Made by a program: the position numbers and the translations under genes | Shown: positions 10,597-20,766 of the stretch, piece after piece | Position numbering within the stretch: position 1 is the stretch's first letter | Layout: every line of letters starts with the position of its first letter | Notes under the pieces: model-generated | What the model was told of the DNA's origin: nothing | The model's input: the letters and a program-made list of their open reading frames with translations, nothing else | Databases searched by the model: none | Assembly: GCA_035461005.1 (NCBI GenBank) | Contig: DATHVZ010000152.1 | Location: forward strand, 21,066-85,065 | Length of the DNA stretch: 64,000 nucleotides | Source of the DNA: Planococcus sp. (in: firmicutes) | Lineage (GTDB): Bacteria > Bacillota > Bacilli > Bacillales_A > Planococcaceae | Direction of reading: 5' to 3'

Positions 10597-12963
10597 ATGG
10601 ATAAAAGGCCGAAAAAGAGAAACTGGCTCAAATGGATGCTGGGGACGTTTGGGGTTCTGCTGGCAGTCGCCATCATCGGGGTCATTTATGTTAACGCTTA
10701 CATAGGGAAATCAAAACCGGTCATCAGTGGAGAAATTAATGTATCCATACTTGATGCGGACGTAACAGTGGTGCGTGATGACATCGGTGTGCCTCACATC
10801 GAAGCGCAGTCGGATGCCGATCTATACCGTGCGCAAGGGTATGTCGTTGCGCAGGATCGACTGTTCCAGATGGATTTGTCACGCCGGCAGGCAAGCGGAC
10901 GGCTCTCCGAGGCAGTTGGGGCCGCGGCTGTCGATACAGATAAATTCTTCCGTACCTTCAGCCTCCGCGACGCTGCTGAAAAATCGTGGGAAGGTTATGA
11001 CGAAGACTCCAAACAGGTGCTCGAATGGTTCGCAGAAGGGGTCAACGCTTTTATTGGCGAAGCAAAGGGAAATGATACGTTGAGCTACGAGTTCAGCTTG
11101 CTTGGGTATGAACCGGAGGAGTGGACGCCGATTGATTCGCTCGCCATTGGGAAATTCATGGCGTACGACCTTGGCGGCAATTGGTCATCGCTAGCCGTCC
11201 GTCACTGGGCACTCGGCGAATTTCCGGAAGACAAAGCGAAGGAATTGTTCATCAAGTATCCCGAAGGTGCAAGCTCGGTCATTGCAGCCAATATCAGCCA
11301 GCAGGTAAAAGTGGCTGGCGCTTTTGATGCGTCGCTTGTACCGAGTGAGTTTAACGGCAGCAACAACTGGGTCGTTTCCGGCGACAAGACGGAAAGCGGC
11401 ATGCCGCTCCTTGCGGATGATCCGCATCTGGGCTTGAGTACGCCTTCCATCTGGTACCAGATGCATTTAAAATCTCCCGAACAGAACGTCAGTGGCGTCA
11501 TTTTCGCCGGCGTGCCGGGCATTATTCTCGGGCATAATGAAGAAGTCGCCTGGGGGGTGACCAACGTCGGGCCGGATGTTCAGGATCTCTACATTGAAAC
11601 CCCGAACCCGGATGATCCGACCCAATTCCGCTATGAAGGTGAATGGGAGCAAGCGGTGGTCCGGAAAGAGCCGATCAAAGTAAAAGATGGCGAAACCGTT
11701 GACTTCGAAGTTATCGTAACACGACACGGCCCGATCATTTCAGATGTGCTTTTCGACGATGAACAGCCGGGAGCATTGTTCTCGATGCAATGGACAGCGC
11801 TGGAGCCGACGCTGGAACTGCAGGCAGTTCTGGCGTTCAATAAAGCCTCGAACTGGGAAGAGTTTGAAACCGCATTAGAAGATTTTCAGGCTCCTGCACA
11901 GAATTTCGTGTTCGCCGCAACTGATGGCACGATTGCCTATAAAGCGAATGGCCGCATCCCAATCCGTAAAACAGGAGATGGCCAATTGCCGGTTCCGGGC
12001 GATTCAGCGGATTATGGCTGGGAAGGCTATGTGCCATTTGATGAATTGCCGACGGTCGTGAATCCGGAAAGCGGTTTTATTGCCACAGCGAACAATGAAG
12101 TTGTCGACGATTCCTATGAATACCATATTACTGATTTTTGGGCACAGCCTTACCGGTATGACCGAATTGCCGAAGTTCTGGAAGCCTCCGATGGGCTGAC
12201 GGCGGAAGATATGATGGAGCTCCAAATGGATACGAAAAACCTTTATGCCGCGGAGTTTCTATCATTTATGATCGAGGCGGTAAGGGGAGAAACGGATGAG
12301 CATGAAGAGGTTCTCACGATGCTTGCTGAATGGGATGGAGTAGACAACGCAGAGCATGCAGCACCGCTCGTATTCCATAAATGGATGAAGCAACTGCCGC
12401 ATACCTTGCTCGCAGACAGCTTTCCAGAAGATGTCTATGAGCTGATGCCCGGGAAAAATCACATTACCGATGGGATGATGCGTGATGCCTTTGCCGGCAA
12501 CGACGGTGTCTGGGTCAGCGAATACGGCGGTTCCGAAAAATGGCTGAGGGATGCCTTGGAAACAAGTTTGGCGGAAGTGGAAGAAGAGTTTGGAGGCAAT
12601 CACGGGGACTGGCAATGGGGAGAATACCATCAGCTGACATTCCCGCATCCGCTTGCCGGGGCCTCCGCGATATTCGAGAGCTTCCTGAATCCGGATCCGC
12701 TGCCGCTTGGCGGTTCGAATGTCACGGTACAGGCTGCGGCCTTTGATGAAGAGGGCAACGTCGACCACGGAGCGGCCTGGCGATTTGTCGCCGACCTTTC
12801 GGATTTATCGAGTGCCCACCATATCGTCGGACCGGGCCTCAGCGGCCACATGAAATCGGACTTCTTCCATAATCAGGTCGATAAATGGGCCGAGGGCGAT
12901 TATCACGAGACAGCAATTGACGGTTCAGCTGAAGGGTCGACCTTAACACTCAAAGCCGAGTAA
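10597..12963 (+). CDS. penicillin acylase family Ntn hydrolase, N-terminal membrane anchor
   Basis: GVPHI..AQGY..AQDRLFQM; GSNNWVVSG nucleophile; DPHL. Confidence 0.92.
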   Translation: MDKRPKKRNWLKWMLGTFGVLLAVAIIGVIYVNAYIGKSKPVISGEINVSILDADVTVVRDDIGVPHIEAQSDADLYRAQGYVVAQDRLFQMDLSRRQASGRLSEAVGAAAVDTDKFFRTFSLRDAAEKSWEGYDEDSKQVLEWFAEGVNAFIGEAKGNDTLSYEFSLLGYEPEEWTPIDSLAIGKFMAYDLGGNWSSLAVRHWALGEFPEDKAKELFIKYPEGASSVIAANISQQVKVAGAFDASLVPSEFNGSNNWVVSGDKTESGMPLLADDPHLGLSTPSIWYQMHLKSPEQNVSGVIFAGVPGIILGHNEEVAWGVTNVGPDVQDLYIETPNPDDPTQFRYEGEWEQAVVRKEPIKVKDGETVDFEVIVTRHGPIISDVLFDDEQPGALFSMQWTALEPTLELQAVLAFNKASNWEEFETALEDFQAPAQNFVFAATDGTIAYKANGRIPIRKTGDGQLPVPGDSADYGWEGYVPFDELPTVVNPESGFIATANNEVVDDSYEYHITDFWAQPYRYDRIAEVLEASDGLTAEDMMELQMDTKNLYAAEFLSFMIEAVRGETDEHEEVLTMLAEWDGVDNAEHAAPLVFHKWMKQLPHTLLADSFPEDVYELMPGKNHITDGMMRDAFAGNDGVWVSEYGGSEKWLRDALETSLAEVEEEFGGNHGDWQWGEYHQLTFPHPLAGASAIFESFLNPDPLPLGGSNVTVQAAAFDEEGNVDHGAAWRFVADLSDLSSAHHIVGPGLSGHMKSDFFHNQVDKWAEGDYHETAIDGSAEGSTLTLKAE

Positions 12964-12998
12964 GTTATAATGGCTAAAAAGGATATGGGGCGTTTGAT

Positions 12999-13352
12999 TT
13001 GAAAAGAATGTTAGCAGTAGGACTCGGCGGAATGGCCGGCACACTGCTGCGTGTCTGGATCTATGCAGCAGTTCCGGGGGCTTTCAGCCTCTGGGCCGTC
13101 AATATCATCGGCAGTTTCCTGATCGGCTTTGCGGTTATGAAACTCAGCGGAAAATCAGCGGAGCTTCGGCTGTTCATTTCGACGGGGGTGCTGGGATCAT
13201 TCACGACCTTTTCGGCCTTCTCAAATGATTGGTTCCGGGAACTTGAGTCTTCAGTCGTTGCCGGTGCCTTATACGGTCTGTCCATGACAGCGGCGGCAGT
13301 GATTGCAGCGGCTGCCGGATTATGGCTTGGCCGGAAAGGGGTGAAGGAATGA
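12999..13352 (+). CDS. crcB: fluoride channel Fluc/CrcB (subunit 1)
   Basis: NIIGSFLIG, GVLGSFTTFS motif. Confidence 0.9.
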   Translation: MKRMLAVGLGGMAGTLLRVWIYAAVPGAFSLWAVNIIGSFLIGFAVMKLSGKSAELRLFISTGVLGSFTTFSAFSNDWFRELESSVVAGALYGLSMTAAAVIAAAAGLWLGRKGVKE

Positions 13353-13684
13353 GCCTGATTGAAATTGCACTTGGCGGATTCCTTGGCGCCATGGCCCGCT
13401 ATTTGTTTTATCTGTTTGTGGAAAGTCGCTGGCGGCAGCCGAAGATCGCCACTTTGTTTGTGAATATTCTCGGTTCGTTCGTGCTGGGTGCGTTTGTTGG
13501 CAGCGGCAATTTATCCGTGTTCTGGTTGACCGGATTTCTCGGTGCGTTTACCACTTTCTCGACGATGGCGCTGGACGCGGTGAAAGATTTCGAGGACGGC
13601 AAGTGGCTGGCCGGTATTTCTTATCTGGCAGCCAACCTGATCTTTGGTTTGGGCCTGTTCGTACTGGCGTATATGATTTTTTGA
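13349..13684 (+). CDS. crcB: fluoride channel Fluc/CrcB (subunit 2)
   Basis: GGFLGAMARY, GFLGAFTTFST; ATGA overlap with first crcB. Confidence 0.9.
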   Translation: MSLIEIALGGFLGAMARYLFYLFVESRWRQPKIATLFVNILGSFVLGAFVGSGNLSVFWLTGFLGAFTTFSTMALDAVKDFEDGKWLAGISYLAANLIFGLGLFVLAYMIF

Positions 13685-13736
13685 ATAAAAAAAGAGGCTG
13701 GAGAGGGGACACAATCGTCCGCTTTCCAGCCTCTTT

Positions 13737-14156
13737 TTATTTTACAATTATAACTGGGGCAAGCACACGTTTCGCCACTTTATGGCTGACGCTGCCGAGC
13801 ACCATTTCCTGAAAACCATTGAGCCCCCGGCTGCCGATGAAAACGATGTCGTAGCTGTTTTCATTGGCGTGCTGGATGATGGTTGGTCCGGGAGTGCCGT
13901 GCAGGGTTTTGATTTCAAAAGGTATGCCTGCAGCGCTGAAAATTTCTTCAAGCGGCTGAAGCAGCTGCTGGCGGTGGTGATGCAGCTGCTCACTCTGTTT
14001 GTCGTGGAGCACTTCCTTTCGTGCTTTTTCATAATCGACCACATAAAGCAAGGTTACGACGGCATCGCGAAACATCTTGGCCATCTTCAAAGCTTCAGTC
14101 GCAGCCCTTTTCGAGTGTTCAGAACCATCAGCTGCCAACAATATCTTCTGGTACAT
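13737..14156 (-). CDS. universal stress protein
   Basis: ILLAADGS..S; GSRG....LGSVSHKV. Confidence 0.93.
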   Translation of the reverse strand: MYQKILLAADGSEHSKRAATEALKMAKMFRDAVVTLLYVVDYEKARKEVLHDKQSEQLHHHRQQLLQPLEEIFSAAGIPFEIKTLHGTPGPTIIQHANENSYDIVFIGSRGLNGFQEMVLGSVSHKVAKRVLAPVIIVK

Positions 14157-14241
14157 TCCCATCCCCCCTTCAGCTGGAAAACCTTAGATGGATTATTCGA
14201 CAAGACGGCCGACATTTCCTTTTTTCAAACAGCACTTTGGA

Positions 14242-14316
14242 CAATCAAATGAGTGTTTGACTATAGAATTCAGAAGGAGTACACTGTAAAAAAACAATCA
14301 AACCGCTGTTTGATTG
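14242..14316. promoter_or_regulatory. two CadC-type operator palindromes
   Basis: CAATCAAAtgagtgTTTGAcT (14242-14262) and CAATCAAAccgctgTTTGATTG (14295-14316) upstream of cadC. Confidence 0.7.
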
Positions 14317-14334
14317 AGTGGAAGAGGTGCCCCG

Positions 14335-14691
14335 ATGAAGGAGATTTGTGAAATAACGAAAGTCCATCCCGAAAAGGTGGAGAATGTCCAAAGCCAAATG
14401 ACGGACCTGTCAGATGTAGCAACGCTTTTCAAAGCATTGGCGGATGAAACGCGGTTGAAAATCGCTTATGCGTTAACAATAGAGGACGAAATGTGTGTCT
14501 GCGATATTGCGGCTGTCATCGGTGGATCCACAGCTACAGCATCCCACCATCTGCGCTATCTCCGCGAACGGAAGCTGGCGAAGTCTGAGCGCAAAGGCAA
14601 GCAAATCTATTACTCCTTGTCAGACAAACACGTCCACCAGCTTGTAACCATTGCGCACGAGCATGCAAAAGAAGGTGAGGAAATTGGTTAA
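14335..14691 (+). CDS. cadC: CadC-like ArsR/SmtB metal-responsive repressor
   Basis: N-terminal Cys (EICE), EMCVCDIA, TASHHLR. Confidence 0.88.
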   Translation: MKEICEITKVHPEKVENVQSQMTDLSDVATLFKALADETRLKIAYALTIEDEMCVCDIAAVIGGSTATASHHLRYLRERKLAKSERKGKQIYYSLSDKHVHQLVTIAHEHAKEGEEIG

Positions 14692-16753
14692 AACCTATCG
14701 CCTTGAAAATCTGTCCTGCACAAGTTGTGCGGCGAAGTTCGAAAAGAATATTCGCGATCTTCCCGACATCAAAAGGATTGATCTGAATTTTGGCGCATCC
14801 AAGCTGACGGTTGATGGCAATGTTTCCATCGAGGCACTGGAAAAGGCGGGAGCATTCGACCATATCCGGGTTTATCCGGAGAAAGCCAAAATCGGGCATA
14901 CACCTTTTTACAAACGCCGCCAGACGATTGAAACCGCCATATCTTTTCTATTGCTGATTGCAGGGGTCATCTTATCCTTTCAGACGAGTGAAGGAAATCC
15001 TTGGGCAATCGGCCTGTTCGGCGGTTCGATGCTGATCGGCGGCTATCATATGTTCCGCACTGGCCTGGTGAACCTCAGCCGTTTTGAATTTGATATGAAA
15101 ACGCTGATGACGATTGCTGTCATCGGTGCCGCTATCATCGGGGAATGGCGCGAAGGCGCTGTGGTCGTGTTTTTATTCGCTGTCAGTGAAGCGCTTGAAT
15201 CTTTCTCTATGAATAAGGCGCGCCAGTCGATACGTGGCCTGATGGATTTGGCGCCGGCGCGTGCATTGATCCAGCGGAACGGCGAACTGCTGGAAATAGA
15301 TACGGAAGAAGTCCGGATCGGCGATAAACTGATCGTCAAACCGGGACAGAAAATTGCCATGGACGGCGTCGTTTTGCGCGGAGAGTCTGCGGTCAATCAG
15401 GCAGCTATTACTGGCGAATCGATTCCCGAAGTCAAAGTGCCGGGCGCTGATGTGTTTGCCGGAACGATGAACGAGGAAGGCGCTCTCGAAGTGACCGTCA
15501 CCAAACGGGCGGAAGATACAACAATCGCCAAAATTATTCATCTCGTGGAAGAAGCGCAGGCGGAAAAAGCGCCGTCCCAGAAATTTGTTGACCAATTCGC
15601 GAAATATTACACACCGGCCATCATCGTCATCGCAATTTTGGTGGCATTGGTTCCGGGTTATATAACAGGTGACTGGCAGTTATGGGTCTATCAGGGCTTG
15701 GCTGTTCTTGTTGTGGGCTGTCCGTGTGCGCTCGTCGTGTCGACGCCTGTGGCCATTGTCACGGCAATCGGCAATGCGGCAAGACAGGGCGTCCTCATCA
15801 AAGGCGGCATCCATCTGGAAGAGACGGGACGCATCAAGGCGATCGCTTTTGATAAAACCGGTACGCTGACAAAGGGCTATCCGGAAATGACGGACGCTGT
15901 GCCGGAAAACGGTTATACGAAAGAAGAGCTTGTTCAATTGGCGGCGTCAGCTGAAGCGATGTCGCAGCATCCCCTGGCGCGCGCAATCGGAAAAGAAGTG
16001 CCGCATATCCTTCCATCAGAAGGTTTCCGTTCGATTACAGGGAAAGGCGCCTATGCAGAAGTCAAAGGGCAAAGGATCCACATCGGCAGCCTGCTGTGGG
16101 CCGAAGAAATGGGCTTGGAAATTCCTGAGCATGCCCGCAATTTGCAGCTAAGCGGCAAATCGGTCATGGCCGTCTTTACAAAAGGCAGCCTCATCGGAAT
16201 CATCGCAGTTGCCGACGCCATACGGAGAGAAAGTCCAGGCATTATCCGGCAACTGAAAGAAATGGGCATCAGAAGCACCATCATGTTGACTGGTGACCAT
16301 CCGGCGACGGCCAATGCCATCGCCGGAGAAATCGGTGTCACCGATGTCCGGGCAGGATTAATGCCGCAGGACAAACTGTCCGCAATTCGTGAACTCCAGC
16401 AACAATACGGACGAGTCGCGATGGTCGGAGACGGCATCAATGACGCCCCGGCCCTTGCCGCTTCCACAGTCGGCATCGCAATGGGCGGAGCCGGCACAGA
16501 TGCGGCGCTAGAAACTGCGGATATTGCATTAATGGCCGACGATCTTGAAAAACTTCCTTATACGATTCGACTAAGCCGCAAGACATTGCGTATAATAAAG
16601 GAAAATATCATGTTTGCTTTGGGGCTGAAAGTAATTGCTTTGCTGTTGATCATTCCGGGCTGGCTCACTTTATGGATTGCGATTTTCGCAGACATGGGTG
16701 CGACCTTGCTCGTTATCCTGAATGCTCTGCGGCTGGTGAAAGTTCAAAAGTAA
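14684..16753 (+). CDS. cadA: Cd/Zn/Co-translocating P1B-type ATPase
   Basis: CTSC HMA motif, TGES, CPC, DKTGT, HP, GDGINDAP. Confidence 0.93.
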   Translation: MVKTYRLENLSCTSCAAKFEKNIRDLPDIKRIDLNFGASKLTVDGNVSIEALEKAGAFDHIRVYPEKAKIGHTPFYKRRQTIETAISFLLLIAGVILSFQTSEGNPWAIGLFGGSMLIGGYHMFRTGLVNLSRFEFDMKTLMTIAVIGAAIIGEWREGAVVVFLFAVSEALESFSMNKARQSIRGLMDLAPARALIQRNGELLEIDTEEVRIGDKLIVKPGQKIAMDGVVLRGESAVNQAAITGESIPEVKVPGADVFAGTMNEEGALEVTVTKRAEDTTIAKIIHLVEEAQAEKAPSQKFVDQFAKYYTPAIIVIAILVALVPGYITGDWQLWVYQGLAVLVVGCPCALVVSTPVAIVTAIGNAARQGVLIKGGIHLEETGRIKAIAFDKTGTLTKGYPEMTDAVPENGYTKEELVQLAASAEAMSQHPLARAIGKEVPHILPSEGFRSITGKGAYAEVKGQRIHIGSLLWAEEMGLEIPEHARNLQLSGKSVMAVFTKGSLIGIIAVADAIRRESPGIIRQLKEMGIRSTIMLTGDHPATANAIAGEIGVTDVRAGLMPQDKLSAIRELQQQYGRVAMVGDGINDAPALAASTVGIAMGGAGTDAALETADIALMADDLEKLPYTIRLSRKTLRIIKENIMFALGLKVIALLLIIPGWLTLWIAIFADMGATLLVILNALRLVKVQK

Positions 16754-16778
16754 GCAATGCATGCTTGGAGGATTTGTT

Positions 16779-17897
16779 TTGAAATTAACTGAGTGGACAA
16801 TGGAAGAGCAGGAACAGCTGATCCATTTTATGACGACGAATTCCTGGCCATATCACGGACAGGAGCACCCTGTCCGTGCGTTGATACAGAAGACGATAGA
16901 AGAAGGCGGCTACCAGTCCGATCAGGTGACGACTTTTTGGGTGGAAAATGATGAAGCTGAGCAGGTGGGCCTGGTTAAAATCTTTGATCTGCAGGACGAC
17001 ATTCCCTTATTCGATTTACGGATTGCCGATCCATACCGTGGCAAAGGCTACGGCCCAAAGGCGTTGAAAATGACCGCGGATTTCGTCTTTTCGCTTTCAG
17101 AAAAGAAAATCCGGCTGGAAGGACATACACGCCACGATAATTTTGCGATGCGGAAAGCTTTTGAACGCACCGGTTTTGTGAAAGAAGCCCATATCCGCCA
17201 AGCCTGGTTTTCTGCAAGGGAAAATCGTTATTTTGATGCGGTCACCTACGGCATGACCCGTGAAGACTGGCAGCAGGGCGTGACTACGCCGGTCCTATGG
17301 GAAGATACGATAGCGGAACCGAAAGATGCGCCGATCAATCCGGTGCTGCTCGATTTTCCGGACCAATTCGAATCGGAGCGCCTGCTGATCCGTGCGCCTC
17401 GCCGTGAAGATGCAGTCCACAGCTATGAAGCAATCAAGCATTCGATTGAATCGTTGCGCCCATGGATGCCGTTTGCACAGAAAAAACCGGACCTGCAACA
17501 GATTGAAGCGAATCTCATTGAAGCGGCAGCCGATTTTCAGCTCCGCAAAGATCTCCGCCTTCATTTTTTCCTGAAGGAAACCGGGGAATTCATCGGGTCA
17601 ACAGGCCTTCATCGCATCGATTGGGAAGTGCGGAAGTTTGAAATCGGCTACTGGGTCGACAACCGTTTCGAAGGGAAAGGCTATGTCACTGAAGCGGTGG
17701 ATCGCATTACGCGTTTCGCATTTGAGGAACTTGGCGCAAACCGTGTCGAAATCAAATGTGATCCTGACAATGTCAGAAGCCGTGCCGTTGCTGAAAGGCT
17801 GGACTTCAAACTTGAAGGCGTCCTGCGCAAGGAAACCCTTTCCCGCGTAGACAATAAAGTGCGGGATACATGCGTCTACTCGAAAATAAGTGAATAG
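16779..17897 (+). CDS. tandem RimJ/RimL-type GNAT acetyltransferase (two domains)
   Basis: Two motif-A segments (YRGKGYG; FEGKGYVTEA). Confidence 0.85.
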   Translation: MKLTEWTMEEQEQLIHFMTTNSWPYHGQEHPVRALIQKTIEEGGYQSDQVTTFWVENDEAEQVGLVKIFDLQDDIPLFDLRIADPYRGKGYGPKALKMTADFVFSLSEKKIRLEGHTRHDNFAMRKAFERTGFVKEAHIRQAWFSARENRYFDAVTYGMTREDWQQGVTTPVLWEDTIAEPKDAPINPVLLDFPDQFESERLLIRAPRREDAVHSYEAIKHSIESLRPWMPFAQKKPDLQQIEANLIEAAADFQLRKDLRLHFFLKETGEFIGSTGLHRIDWEVRKFEIGYWVDNRFEGKGYVTEAVDRITRFAFEELGANRVEIKCDPDNVRSRAVAERLDFKLEGVLRKETLSRVDNKVRDTCVYSKISE

Positions 17898-17990
17898 CTC
17901 ATCTGTTATGGAGCCAGGAGCATTTTTCTGGAAACATTAAATGGCAAAAAAAAAAAGAGACGGTGAGGATTGCCCTCACCGTCTCTTGTT

Positions 17991-18146
17991 CTATACGCCT
18001 TTCCTTCCGGAAATTAAGTTCACGATTAAAATAATTGCTGCTACGATTAATAGAAGGTGAATTAATCCTCCTGCAATTTCCATAATAAATCCGATAATCC
18101 ATACTGCTAAAACAACTACAAGAATAATCCATAAAATACGAGCCAT
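17991..18146 (-). CDS. 51-aa lmo0937-family small membrane protein (not in ORF track)
   Basis: Manual translation MARILWIILVVVLAVWIIGFIMEIAGGLIHLLLIVAAIILIVNLISGRKGV; GGLIHLLL..GR signature; terminator downstream. Confidence 0.85.
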   Translation of the reverse strand: MARILWIILVVVLAVWIIGFIMEIAGGLIHLLLIVAAIILIVNLISGRKGV

Positions 18147-18182
18147 GTGTTCTCACCGACCTTTCCGTCTAGATAATAATAT

Positions 18183-18208
18183 GTACCCCGGAAAAACACT
18201 CTGCAAAC
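18183..18208 (-). promoter_or_regulatory. SigB-type promoter
   Basis: GTTTGC-N14-GGGTAC upstream of the lmo0937-family gene. Confidence 0.65.
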
Positions 18209-18309
18209 CTTCTGAGCAAAAAACTAGCGGCCACAGGAAATGGGGCTCAGTTGTTCGCTGGGGAAGGGTATAGTAAACTGGGAATAGCTACGTTAGGGAG
18301 GAACGAAAT

Positions 18310-18732
18310 TTGCCTACTCCAAGTATGGAAGACCATATTGAAATCATATACTCATTAATAGAACAAAAAGGTTACGCCCGCGTCTCGGATATAGCGGAAG
18401 CCCTATCGGTACTGCCCTCCTCGGTGACGAAGATGGTGCAGAAACTCGATAAGGACGGCTATCTGATATATGAACGCTACCGGGGGCTGGTATTGACGCC
18501 GCAAGGCCAGAAATTGGGCAAACGGCTTGTCAAAAGACATGATCTGCTGGAACAATTTCTGCGCCTGATCGGTGTCGACGAAGAACGCATTTACAATGAT
18601 GTGGAAGGAATTGAACACCATATGAGTTGGAATTCGATCAACCGTATCGCCGATCTCGTCCAGGTGCTTGAGGAAAATCCGGAGTTTACGGATAAGCTGC
18701 AGAAACTTAAAGATGAAGAAAAGAACAGTTAA
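18310..18732 (+). CDS. mntR: manganese-responsive regulator MntR (DtxR family)
   Basis: [17 protein letters not shown]; DVEGIEHH. Confidence 0.95.
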   Translation: MPTPSMEDHIEIIYSLIEQKGYARVSDIAEALSVLPSSVTKMVQKLDKDGYLIYERYRGLVLTPQGQKLGKRLVKRHDLLEQFLRLIGVDEERIYNDVEGIEHHMSWNSINRIADLVQVLEENPEFTDKLQKLKDEEKNS

Positions 18733-18752
18733 ACGAAACAGGAGGTTTCATT

Positions 18753-19616
18753 ATGCCATTGCATCCAGGTGAAAAAGCATTATTACAAGTAAAAGACCGG
18801 TCAGGTTCCCAGTGGATCCTGACAGACGGTTCGGGCGATGAAGTTCTGATGAATGAATCGGAAATCCCAGAAGGACAGGAAATCGGGGAAGAAATTGAAG
18901 TTTTCCTTTACCGCAACCGCCAGGGCGGCGTGTCGGCGACTCCGATGATTCCGCATATTCTGCCAAGCACCTACGGTTGGGCAAAAGTGCTGAAAATCTC
19001 GAAACGCGAAGGAGCGGTGCTTGATATCGGTACGACACGTGAAGTCTACCTGCTGCCGTCAGATCTGCCGCAATTCGAAGAACTTTGGCCACAGCAGGGC
19101 GATCATATTTTCATGACTTTGCGGACAGACCGCTACGGCGATTTATATGGACGTATGGCAACAGAGGAGAAGGTCAATGAACTGTTTGTTCCAGCGCCGA
19201 CCTATGTCTCTAACCAGGATTTGAAGGCGCGCGCCTACCGTCTGCTGCCTGTGGGAACATTCATGATTTCCGTACCCGAAATGTACAGAATATTCGTCCA
19301 CGAGACAGAGCGGGAAGAAGAACCGCGCCTTGGCGAAGAAAAAACAGTTCGTATCATCGGTGTCAAAGAAGACGGATCATTGAACGGTTCACTGCTCCCG
19401 CGCAAACAGGAACGTTTACCGGATGACGCAGAAACCATCATGCGTTATTTGACCGAATCAGGCGGCCAGATGCCGTTCAGCGATAAATCCTCACCTGAAG
19501 AAATCCAGGAAATGTTCGGGATGAGCAAAGCTTCCTTCAAACGTGCCTTGGGAAGGTTATACAAAGACCGCCGCATTGTACAGGAAGAAGGCTGGACCAA
19601 ACTTCAGCAACATTGA
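18753..19616 (+). CDS. CvfB/YitL S1-domain RNA-binding protein
   Basis: S1 repeats; C-terminal wHTH DKSSPEEI..FGMSKASFKRALG. Confidence 0.9.
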   Translation: MPLHPGEKALLQVKDRSGSQWILTDGSGDEVLMNESEIPEGQEIGEEIEVFLYRNRQGGVSATPMIPHILPSTYGWAKVLKISKREGAVLDIGTTREVYLLPSDLPQFEELWPQQGDHIFMTLRTDRYGDLYGRMATEEKVNELFVPAPTYVSNQDLKARAYRLLPVGTFMISVPEMYRIFVHETEREEEPRLGEEKTVRIIGVKEDGSLNGSLLPRKQERLPDDAETIMRYLTESGGQMPFSDKSSPEEIQEMFGMSKASFKRALGRLYKDRRIVQEEGWTKLQQH

Positions 19617-19670
19617 TGCAACCTTTCTGAAGTGGATTCGTATTATTTCTATAGGAAAGGGGTTAAAAAG

Positions 19671-20555
19671 ATGAAAAAATTATTAGCGATTATAGCGATG
19701 ATTTTGATTGTCTCCACGCTGACACCTGCATGGGCAGCAGCGAATGTGGGCATCAATGAAAAATACGGCGTGCCGATTGTCGTTTATGGAGGAAATCTCT
19801 CTGAAGATGAAAAGGCGAGTGTCGCTGAGAGCCTGAGTGTTGAAGAAGAAGCGGAAGTGGAAGAAATCGAAGTCACTGGTGACGATCTTGTCACTTACAT
19901 CAAAGACGGCGATGCACGTGCGCGGATGTTCTCTTCTGCAAAAATTACAAGAACAGATGAAGGCAAAGGCCTTGTCATCCAGATTGTTACACCGGATAAC
20001 ATCACGCAAGTAACGACGGAAATGTACGCCAATGCCATGCTGACAGCAGGAATCGAAAACGCGACAGTTGAAGTCGCTGCACCAAAACCGGTAACAGGCC
20101 ATTCAGCGCTGGTCGGCATTTACAAAGCCTATGAAGTGAGCGGCGAAAAGCTGGACCCGGAACGGACAGATGTTGCAAACGACGAATTGGAAGTAGCAAC
20201 TGAACTTGCCGAAGACGTGGATGAAGCGAAAGTCAGTGAATTGCTGACAGAGATCAAAAAGCAGATTGCTGAACAAAACCCGGCTTCACGCGAAGACGTG
20301 GAACAGATTGTCGAAGAGCAATTAACGAAGCTTGAGATTGAGCTGAGTCCTGAAGACCGCAAATTATTGGTTGATTTAATGGACCGCATCCGCCAATTGG
20401 ATATCGACTTTTCGAAATGGTCGACCCAGCTGGAGGATTTAAGCAAAACGATTGAAGATAAAATTGGAGACATTATTAACGACGAGGGTTTCTGGGCAAG
20501 TGTCAGGGAGTTTTTCAGAAACCTGGCGAACAGCATCCGCTCGATATTCAATTAA
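19671..20555 (+). CDS. DUF1002 (YpuA-like) exported protein
   Basis: Signal peptide; ITQVT..MYANAMLTAG, VTGHSALVGIYKAYE. Confidence 0.85.
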   Translation: MKKLLAIIAMILIVSTLTPAWAAANVGINEKYGVPIVVYGGNLSEDEKASVAESLSVEEEAEVEEIEVTGDDLVTYIKDGDARARMFSSAKITRTDEGKGLVIQIVTPDNITQVTTEMYANAMLTAGIENATVEVAAPKPVTGHSALVGIYKAYEVSGEKLDPERTDVANDELEVATELAEDVDEAKVSELLTEIKKQIAEQNPASREDVEQIVEEQLTKLEIELSPEDRKLLVDLMDRIRQLDIDFSKWSTQLEDLSKTIEDKIGDIINDEGFWASVREFFRNLANSIRSIFN

Positions 20556-20728
20556 TTCAATAAAAGGAGCGGACAGCCCAGGCTGTCCGTTTTTTTGATG
20601 AGATAAGTTTTAGGGTCATATCCATTTCGGTATGGAACGAATTGGAGAATAAGTAATTATCTTATACATAAACCCAAGGCAAGCCGTTTCCTTGCTGTGT
20701 CTACTGGAGGGTGTTATTATTTACTTAA

Positions 20729-20746
20729 TATCTCGAATTCAAGATA
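20729..20746. promoter_or_regulatory. MhqR-type operator upstream of ring-cleaving dioxygenase
   Basis: TATCTCGAATTCAAGATA. Confidence 0.75.
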
Positions 20747-20766
20747 ATTAGAGGGGGCATTTTCTT

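Noticed and set aside
17899-18156. 85-aa minus ORF in the track
   Set aside because: Wrong frame; the 51-aa lmo0937-type ORF (18146-17991) has the family signature.
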